In this document: piece by piece, positions 53,422 to 59,567 of the stretch
Layout: every line of letters starts with the position of its first letter
How positions within the stretch are numbered: the first letter of the stretch is position 1
Source: Planctomycetota bacterium
GTDB lineage: Bacteria > Planctomycetota > Brocadiia > SM23-32
Assembly (NCBI GenBank): GCA_021161675.1
Contig: JAGHAF010000107.1
Location: forward strand, 1-59,567
Reading direction: 5' to 3'
Length of the DNA: 59,567 nt
The notes under the pieces: model-generated
Database searches by the model: none
Told to the model about the DNA's origin: nothing
Seen by the model: the letters and a program-made list of their open reading frames with translations, nothing else
Made by a program: the position numbers and the translations under genes

Positions 53422-55082
53422 CTGGCGCCATCGGCGCCCGCGGTGGCGACGAAAGATTTCCTGAACTCTTCGATCGCTTCCTCAAGCTTCTGTTGCGTTT
53501 CTTCGTCCAGTCTTCTGGTCTCGGCAATTCGGACGGGGATGCCGGGCCTTTCGCTTCGGATAAAGGCCAGGAATTCCTCGCCGAACCGTTGCACTTCCTC
53601 GACAGGGATGTCCCGCAGATGCTCCTGGACGCCGAGGTAGATGATGAGGACCTGGTATTCGACGGGCATTGGGACGTACTGGTCCTGCTTGAGCAGTTCG
53701 GTGAGCCTCTCGCCGCGGGCGAGCTGTCGCTGAGTGGCCTCGTCCAGTTCGGTGCCGAACTCGGCGAACGCCGCCATCTCGCGGTATTGGGCAAGCGAGA
53801 GCTTCAGTTCCCCCGCCACGCTTTTCATGGCGGGTATCTGCGCCGCGCTGCCGACGCGCGAGACGCTGGTCCCCACGTTCATGGCGGGCCGTATCATCTT
53901 GTGGAACAGGTCGGCCTCCAGGAATATCTGCCCGTCGGTGATCGAGATCAGGTTCGTGGGAATGTAGGTTGAGATGTCTCCGGCCTTGGTTTCCACAATG
54001 GGAAGGGCGGTGAGGGAGCCGCCGTCGGCGATTTCCCGGCCGCTGATGTCCTCCCCGCAGTGGGCGCACACCTTCGCCGCTTTGAGCTCTTCGAGGTTCT
54101 CCTCGGTGGGGGGCAGGGGCGTGAGCAGCCCGCAGGAGGGGCATATCTTCCCGTCGCTGGATTTCATCGCCCTTTCCAGCAGCCGGCTGTGCAGGTAGAA
54201 GATGTCCCCCGGATATGCCTCCCGGCCGGGCGGGCGCCGCAGGAGGAGCGATATCTGGCGGTAGGCCTCGGCGTGCTTGGAGAGGTCGTCGAAGGCGACC
54301 AGCGCGTGCCCGCCGCGCTCCATGAACTCCTCGCCGATGGCGCAGCCGGCGTACGGCGCCAGATACCACTGGGGCGCCGGCGCCGTCGCAGTGGCGGCGA
54401 CCACGACGGTCTTGTTCATCACGCCCTCGCGCTCGAAAGTCTCAACGATGCGGGCGATGGAGGCGTTCTTCTGCCCGATCGCCACGTAGATGCAGACGAC
54501 GTCGCTCGCGCGCTGGTTCAGGATGGCGTCCACGACGAGGGCGCTCTTACCGGTCTGGCGGTCGCCGATGATCAGCTCGCGTTGTCCCCGCCCGATGGGC
54601 GTCAGCGCGTCCACGATCTTATAGCCCGTGTGGAAGGGCTCCTTGACTGGTTGTCTCTTGACGATGCCTGGCGCTACGCGTTCGACCGGACGGTATCTTT
54701 CCGTCTCGATCGGGCCCCGGCCGTCCAGGGGCCTCCCGACGGCGTCTATGACCCGTCCCAACAGGGCATCGCCGACGGGGATGCTGGCGATCCGGCCGGT
54801 GCGTTCGACCTGGTCCCCCTCTTTGATCAGCTCGTCCTTGCCCAGCAGGACGCAGCCCAGGTTATCCTCCTCCAGGTTCATCGCGATGCCGATAACGTCG
54901 TGGGGGAACTTGAGCAGCTCCATTGCCTGGCACTGGCGGATGCCGTAGACGCGGGCGATGCCGTCCCCGACTTCGAGGACGGTTCCCACCGCGGCGAAGC
55001 CACCCGCTTGCGTTTCCGCCTGCAGCGCCCGCCGAATGATGGAACTGACTTCTTCCGGCCTCATAGATGTCTCATCCGCCAT
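53409..55082 (-). CDS. atpA: F1 ATP synthase subunit alpha, with a Cys4 insertion
   Basis: Walker A GDRQTGKS; [10 protein letters not shown] ... [34 protein letters not shown]. 557 aa, versus about 500-515 aa as I recall for typical bacterial alpha subunits. The extra sequence is [18 protein letters not shown] between LLERA and GSLTALP. Confidence 0.95.
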   Translation of the reverse strand: MADETSMRPEEVSSIIRRALQAETQAGGFAAVGTVLEVGDGIARVYGIRQCQAMELLKFPHDVIGIAMNLEEDNLGCVLLGKDELIKEGDQVERTGRIASIPVGDALLGRVIDAVGRPLDGRGPIETERYRPVERVAPGIVKRQPVKEPFHTGYKIVDALTPIGRGQRELIIGDRQTGKSALVVDAILNQRASDVVCIYVAIGQKNASIARIVETFEREGVMNKTVVVAATATAPAPQWYLAPYAGCAIGEEFMERGGHALVAFDDLSKHAEAYRQISLLLRRPPGREAYPGDIFYLHSRLLERAMKSSDGKICPSCGLLTPLPPTEENLEELKAAKVCAHCGEDISGREIADGGSLTALPIVETKAGDISTYIPTNLISITDGQIFLEADLFHKMIRPAMNVGTSVSRVGSAAQIPAMKSVAGELKLSLAQYREMAAFAEFGTELDEATQRQLARGERLTELLKQDQYVPMPVEYQVLIIYLGVQEHLRDIPVEEVQRFGEEFLAFIRSERPGIPVRIAETRRLDEETQQKLEEAIEEFRKSFVATAGADGARVEG

Positions 55083-55617
55083 ATGCCATTCTCTCCCTTG
55101 CTTGCTTCAGGCGTCCACGCAGGCTCCCGTCGTAGAACAGGTCGCCCATCCGCACCTGGAAGCCCGCGATCAGTGACTCACTCACTTGCTCGTCCAGGCG
55201 GACGTGCTGACCGGTGATTGATTCCAGTTTCTTCACGATGCCCATTCGCTGCTCCTCGCTCAGCGGCGCCGCGCTGGTTACGCGCGCCTCGACTATGCCC
55301 AGGCGGCGATCAACCTCCTCCGCGAAGCCGTCCGCCACGTGCGCCAGGATGGACATCCGTTTCTTGTGGATCAGCAAGTCGAGCAGGCGGGCGCTCAGGT
55401 CCGAAAGTCCCAGCTCCGCGCTTATCCCGCGCAGCAGGGCCTGCTTCTCGGCCCTGCTCTTGCGGCCGGCCACGGCGAAAGTGCGCAGCTCGGCGCTGTC
55501 CTCGAATGCCCGCGCCAGGGTCCGCAGCTCGCCGCGCACCCGCCGCAGCGCGCCGCTTTCCTCGGCGAGGTCCGCCAGCGCTTCGGCGTATCTACGGCTG
55601 ATTATCGTCGCTCTCAC
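55072..55617 (-). CDS. atpH: F1 ATP synthase subunit delta (OSCP)
   Basis: A 181-aa helical protein: [14 protein letters not shown].., C-terminal ..[21 protein letters not shown]. It sits between atpF and atpA and overlaps both. Confidence 0.85.
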   Translation of the reverse strand: MRATIISRRYAEALADLAEESGALRRVRGELRTLARAFEDSAELRTFAVAGRKSRAEKQALLRGISAELGLSDLSARLLDLLIHKKRMSILAHVADGFAEEVDRRLGIVEARVTSAAPLSEEQRMGIVKKLESITGQHVRLDEQVSESLIAGFQVRMGDLFYDGSLRGRLKQARERMAYGG

Positions 55618-56384
55618 TGCTGCGCCTCGGGTCCTTTGTCGCCCTCGAGGGACATCTGTTCAATGCTCTCCCGGACGAGCCTTTCGTGGTCATCCTCGGT
55701 CAGTTCGCGCCTCAGCAGCTTTTCGGCCACCAGTGTGCTCAGGTCGGCGACCTCTTCGCGCAGGCTTGTCCTGGCGCGGCGCAGCTCCTCCCGGAGTCGC
55801 TCTTGCGCGTCCCGTCTTAGGCGGTCCGCCTCGCGCCGCGCCCTCTCCACGATCTGTTCGCCCTGCTGGTCGGCCCGTTCCTGTGCTTTCTCGATGATTC
55901 CCGCGCGCTCCGAATGTATCTGCCCGAGTTCCCGGCGCCTCTGCTCGACCAGGTCTGCGGCCCGCCCTTCCCGGCGTTCGGCCTCGTCAAGTTGCTCTCT
56001 GACGCTGCGGCGTCTCTCGTCCAGGAAGGCGAGCAGCGGATCCCACAGAAACCCGTACATGACCATGAGGAGAATGGCGAAGTTCAGACACTGAAGGATG
56101 AGCGTATAGTTGACGTTGATGATCTGGCCCTTTGCGGCGAGGAGGCTCTTGAGCACGCTGGCCGCCTCTTTCTGGGTGACGGGGTCCGCACGGATGTGCT
56201 TCGGGTCTTCGGCGTAGGCCTGCTGACGCACCTCGTTCAGTTTTTGCTGAAGGACCCCTGTCACGCGCTCCGGGTATTGCGGCCGCGAGTCAGCGACGAA
56301 ATCTGTGATCATCACGGCGACCGTGACCGCGTAGAGGACCCCAATGATCACCAGGCCCTTCCTGGCGCCGGGCTTTATGTGCAC
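55614..56384 (-). CDS. atpF: FO ATP synthase subunit b with an N-terminal extension
   Basis: The canonical b part begins at about residue 93: NVNYTLILQCLNFAILLMVMYGFLWDPLLAFLDERRRSVREQLDEAER.., followed by a long charged helix. Residues 1-92 add another TM helix (GLVIIGVLYAVTVAVMITDFV). Confidence 0.8.
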   Translation of the reverse strand: MHIKPGARKGLVIIGVLYAVTVAVMITDFVADSRPQYPERVTGVLQQKLNEVRQQAYAEDPKHIRADPVTQKEAASVLKSLLAAKGQIINVNYTLILQCLNFAILLMVMYGFLWDPLLAFLDERRRSVREQLDEAERREGRAADLVEQRRRELGQIHSERAGIIEKAQERADQQGEQIVERARREADRLRRDAQERLREELRRARTSLREEVADLSTLVAEKLLRRELTEDDHERLVRESIEQMSLEGDKGPEAQQ

Positions 56385-56430
56385 GGGACATTCTCCCCTA
56401 TAATTGTCGGGCGTTGCGATCGGAAGGTTT

Positions 56431-56700
<270 letters not shown>

Positions 56701-56716
56701 TTATCGGCTGATTCTA

Positions 56717-57484
56717 TCAAATGAAAAAAATCAGGATGAATGCGATCACAAAGGCGTAAATGCACGTGGACTGGCTCACCGCCCCGCCCACGAGCATCAC
56801 GCGCATCAGTTGGTTGTTAGCTTCTGGCCTTCTGGCCGTTCCCTCACAGGCGCCTCCCGCCGCGACGCCGGCGCCGAACCCAGGCCCTATGGCGCCCGCG
56901 CCGATGCAAAGGCCAGCTGACATGGCGCTGACGGCCGCAACTGGATCATTGCCGACGTATTTTTGAAACTGCTGTGCGAAAGCGAGGACTACCGCTATCA
57001 CCAGCGCGAACACCGCGGGGCTGCTCGCCAGGCCCTGCCCGAGCAACATCATGATGGTCACGTGTCCACGCGTGCGCGGATTGCGGCCGATCCCTGCGGC
57101 GGCGCGGGCGCCCGCCACACCGGCCCCAACGCCGGAACCGACGGCGCCAAGGCCCATGGCCAGTCCGGCGCCCAGAAAGGCGCCCATTGCCTCGGCGCAT
57201 GGCACGGGCGTCAGAAAGATCAGCACGAAGGCCATCACCAGCGCAAAAATGCCGCTCGTCTCCGCTACGGCCTGCCCCACCAGCATGACCCTTGTCAGGT
57301 CTCCGGCGGCGGAAGGCTGCCGCGAGATGGCGTCCACCGTGGCGGCGGCATTATAGCCCTCGCCAACCCCGGCGCCAATCGCCCCGAGCCCCATGGCCAG
57401 ACCGGCCCCCAGGTACTGGGTCATCCGCATAAAAGGCGCCCAGTCAATGTTCTGCGCCGCGACGCTAAGCCAATCTCCACTCAA
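56717..57484 (-). CDS. Triplicated (three-hairpin, 6-TM) c-subunit proteolipid of the F-type ATP synthase
   Basis: A 255-aa ORF with a TTG start 6 nt after GAGGAG. It has three tandem c-like units. Helix-1 motifs: GLGAIGAGVGEG, GLGAVGSGVGAG, GAGAIGPGFGAG. Loops: SRQP, GRNP, ARRP. Helix-2 motifs: GQAVAETSGIF, GQGLASSPAVF, GGAVSQSTCIY. Only unit 1 has the carboxylates (E42, E75). Confidence 0.85.
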   Translation of the reverse strand: MSGDWLSVAAQNIDWAPFMRMTQYLGAGLAMGLGAIGAGVGEGYNAAATVDAISRQPSAAGDLTRVMLVGQAVAETSGIFALVMAFVLIFLTPVPCAEAMGAFLGAGLAMGLGAVGSGVGAGVAGARAAAGIGRNPRTRGHVTIMMLLGQGLASSPAVFALVIAVVLAFAQQFQKYVGNDPVAAVSAMSAGLCIGAGAIGPGFGAGVAAGGACEGTARRPEANNQLMRVMLVGGAVSQSTCIYAFVIAFILIFFI

Positions 57485-57557
57485 CGTGCACTCCTCTATG
57501 CGGTTACAAAGAAGCCTTTTACGCTTCCGCCCAGTAAAACGACAGATGAAGCGCGAC

Positions 57558-57650
57558 GGGGAAAGGTAGAAGGACGAAGGGAGAAGGTTGAATCATGAAT
57601 GGCGCCGAGACGCTCTCGTTAGCTTTTCCTTCATCCTTTTGCCTTATCTT
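57558..57650. repeat. Full palindromic copy of the dispersed repeat family at the atpB|c junction
   Basis: ggggaaaggtagaaggacgaagggagaaggttgaatcatgaatggcgcc / gctctcgttagcttttccttcatccttttgccttatctt. It abuts the atpB stop codon. Confidence 0.7.
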
Positions 57651-58562
57651 TCATTCCCGTATCTGCACCGCCGTGTAGGCCAGCGCCAGCATGGCGAACA
57701 CAAACGCCTGCACCAATCCAATGAAGAATCCGAAAAACGGTATCAGAATCAGCGGGATCCCAATGTAGAGAATCAGGTGTGACACAACCGTCAGGATCAC
57801 AAACCCGCCGAAGATATTCCCGAACAACCGGAACGGGTGGGAAATGCTCTTGCCCAGCTCCCCCACCACGTTTAGCGGCGCCATCACCACGTTGGGCACC
57901 CTCCCGCGCTGCAAGGCGAACAGGAGGACCATCACGGATAGGGCTGCCAGCAGCCCCGCCGCCAGGCCGCCGCCCACCTTCCGGGCGACGCTCGCCTGCG
58001 CGAAGGAGCGCGCGTAGCCCGAAATAAGCAAGTAATTCAGCCATGCGCCGAGTACCAGGAAAACCACGCCGACACCTTTGGTTATCGGCCGGTCCCCCGG
58101 GAAGCTGGGCTCAAAGAAGCTCCACAGCCACTCCCGAAAGCCCTTGACCCGGATGGCCGATATGTGAACCACAAAGAACACGATCAGCGCCAGCCCCAGG
58201 GGGGTGTTCAGGTCCTGCGTGGGGCAATAAAACCCCGGCCAGCCAAGCGCCGCCAGAACATTCGGTATCGTGCCGATAACGTTGGAGAACAGGACGAAAA
58301 GGAAAAGCGTGATGATGAACGGCAGGTATTTGCGGCCGTGCTCCTTGCCCAGTGTGCTGTCACAGAGGTCCTCGAAGAACTCAGTCACCATCTCGAAGAT
58401 AACCTGCAGACGCCCGGGCGCGCGCTCCAGGCGCCGCGCCACCAGCAGGGCCAGCGTTATCAGGATAGCCATCACCAACCACGAGTTGTACAACGTGGCG
58501 ACGTTGAACCCCTCGAAGGGCAATCCCCATATCTGAACCGGCGCGTTCGGTATTATGTCCAT
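57651..58562 (-). CDS. atpB: FO ATP synthase subunit a, with an internal insertion
   Basis: 303 aa. The conserved Arg motif is SHPFRLFGNIFGG, and PTQDLNTPLGLALIVFF is also present. About 65 extra residues with two hydrophobic segments lie between FFEPSFPG and APLNVVGELGK. Confidence 0.9.
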   Translation of the reverse strand: MDIIPNAPVQIWGLPFEGFNVATLYNSWLVMAILITLALLVARRLERAPGRLQVIFEMVTEFFEDLCDSTLGKEHGRKYLPFIITLFLFVLFSNVIGTIPNVLAALGWPGFYCPTQDLNTPLGLALIVFFVVHISAIRVKGFREWLWSFFEPSFPGDRPITKGVGVVFLVLGAWLNYLLISGYARSFAQASVARKVGGGLAAGLLAALSVMVLLFALQRGRVPNVVMAPLNVVGELGKSISHPFRLFGNIFGGFVILTVVSHLILYIGIPLILIPFFGFFIGLVQAFVFAMLALAYTAVQIRE

Positions 58563-58700
58563 CTTACCTCACCCATCCTTTTTCTTCCTTCTGTCGTTCG
58601 CCCCCTGCCGCCTCTCTCCTTTCTGTCTCCTGTCTGCTCCCTGCCTCCTGTCGCCATCCTGCCTCCTGCCACCTGCCTCCTGCCTCCTGATTCCTGGCTG
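58563..58700. repeat. Pyrimidine-rich (purine-rich in mRNA sense) low-complexity repeat tract at the atpI|atpB junction
   Basis: ccatcctttttcttccttctgtcgttcg.. then reiterated ctgcctcctg units (ctccctgcctcctgtcgccatcctgcctcctgccacctgcctcctgcctcctg). It is in frame with the atpI 3' end. Confidence 0.65.
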
Positions 58701-59061
58701 TCAGCTCCGTCGCAACGATAGCGACGTTCATCACGAGCAATCCCCCGGCCGTCGTCCAGGGGGAAAACAGCCCGCTCAGCCCGAAAGCAAGCCCCAGGGC
58801 CGCCCCGCTCAACAAGTAGCCCGCAAGGCGCAGACGGACGAGCCGGGCAGCGTCAGGCCGGCCCCGCATCGCCCTGTACCGCAGGGAGAACCGCAGAATG
58901 CTCACGATGGCGCCCAGCAGCAACCCGAGGGCGGCCGCCCTGCCCCATAGCAGGTAGAGAGCCACGGCGCCGCACAGGGAAATGACCTGCGCAAGCCTCA
59001 ACGCCCGCTGCCAGAAACCCGACACTTCATCCTGCTGCGTTGCAGGCGACATAGCGCTCAC
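58564..59061 (-). CDS. atpI: ATP synthase protein I (AtpI-like) with a repeat-derived C-terminal tail
   Basis: Hydrophobic 4-helix-like core (VISLCGAVALYLLWG, LGLLLGAIVSIL, LAGYLLSGAALGLAF, GGLLVMNVAIVA), located upstream of atpB. ATGA overlap with atpZ. The tail QEAGGRWQEAGWRQEAGSRQE.. is encoded by the repeat. Confidence 0.6.
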   Translation of the reverse strand: MSAMSPATQQDEVSGFWQRALRLAQVISLCGAVALYLLWGRAAALGLLLGAIVSILRFSLRYRAMRGRPDAARLVRLRLAGYLLSGAALGLAFGLSGLFSPWTTAGGLLVMNVAIVATELTARNQEAGGRWQEAGWRQEAGSRQETERREAAGGERQKEEKGWVR

Positions 59062-59324
59062 TCGCGTTCTGATTCCGCACTGTGTTCGTTGTCACTATCG
59101 GCCTGCGGCTGGACGGCCTTCATCACCATGCGGTAAACCGCAAGCATCCCCCCGCCGATTCCCGCGGCGGTCAGGGCAATGGTGAAAAGCGGCTCCGTGC
59201 CCAGCCATCTATCCAGGTAGAAGCCCGCCAGCAATCCGCCCGCTACGGCGCCGACCATGATAAGGCCGAGTTGCCCCACCATGGTCAGGATGACCAGAAC
59301 GTCTTCCCTGCCCTCGGACGGCAT
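59058..59324 (-). CDS. atpZ: AtpZ/AtpR-like small membrane protein (ATPase_gene1 family)
   Basis: Two TM helices: LVILTMVGQLGLIMVGAVAGGLLAGFYLDRWLGTEPLFTIALTAAGIGGGMLAVYRMV. The ATG at 59324 lies 4 nt after GGGAGGA. The longer track ORF (to 59396) would include the promoter -10 box. Confidence 0.7.
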   Translation of the reverse strand: MPSEGREDVLVILTMVGQLGLIMVGAVAGGLLAGFYLDRWLGTEPLFTIALTAAGIGGGMLAVYRMVMKAVQPQADSDNEHSAESERE

Positions 59325-59386
59325 AAAATCCTCCCAGGCCGGCAAACGCGGCGGGCACGACAGGCCGCACGGCCTACAGAAATGGT

Positions 59387-59415
59387 ATTCTGACACACCA
59401 GCCCCAACTTGTCAA
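59387..59415 (-). promoter_or_regulatory. Sigma-70-type promoter of the atp operon
   Basis: On the minus strand: TTGACA (59410-59415), 17-nt spacer, CAGAAT (59387-59392), about 60 nt upstream of the atpZ ATG. Confidence 0.5.
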
Positions 59416-59567
59416 AACCAAGGAGTTTCTTTGCCACAAAATGGCGCCCGCCCTGCGCCGGGGCCGGATGCGCGAGGGCGGGGAATAGATGAAAATCCGG
59501 CGGTATTTGACACCAGAGACGATTCGTATTACCTTCTCGCGAATCGTGCTACGCCCACCGGGTCATA

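Overview
This is a GC-rich (by eye about 60% or more) chromosomal window from a diderm bacterium. It carries bamA, skp, lpxA, an lpxC/fabZ fusion, waaA, several Hanks-type kinases and a sigma-54 activator; I cannot place the phylum. Coding density is high and most genes are housekeeping. On the plus strand these are groES-groEL, mgtE, proS, hisA, an EF-G paralog, purE, ligA and tRNA-Thr(CGU). On the minus strand there is a long run rpsF-ssb-rplI-dnaB-bamA-skp-lpxC/fabZ-lpxA-trkA, then ctc-pth, then a complete F-type ATP synthase operon (atpZ-atpI-atpB-c-c-atpF-atpH-atpA-atpG-atpD-atpC, about 50.5-59.4 kb).

The ATP synthase operon is the most interesting part. It has the canonical F-type gene order but is strongly derived:
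- Besides a normal 81-aa c subunit, it encodes a 255-aa proteolipid made of three fused c-subunit hairpins. Only the first hairpin keeps the ion-binding glutamates.
- The alpha subunit carries a roughly 40-aa Cys4 (CxxC..CxxC) insertion.
- Subunit a has a roughly 65-aa insertion with two hydrophobic segments.
- Subunit b has a roughly 90-aa N-terminal extension with an extra TM helix.
- The c-type ion sites look like the two-carboxylate Na+ type.

Second, a dispersed family of purine-arm/pyrimidine-arm imperfect palindromes (GAAGGATGAAGG ... CCTTCATCCTTC, often with ACGACAACGG/CCGTTGTCGT) sits in at least 8 intergenic sites and is concentrated at cistron boundaries of the atp operon.

Other accessory-looking content:
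- an orphan ORF (8.6-9.5 kb)
- a VIT-vWA protein with a secreted partner
- two large uncharacterised enzyme-like ORFs flanking a 715-bp noncoding island
- a predicted pseudokinase at the left edge
- an EF-G paralog with altered GTPase motifs

No CRISPR array, transposase, integrase or rRNA was seen. All coordinates and motif positions come from manual counting and reading of the supplied ORF track. No searches or computations were run.
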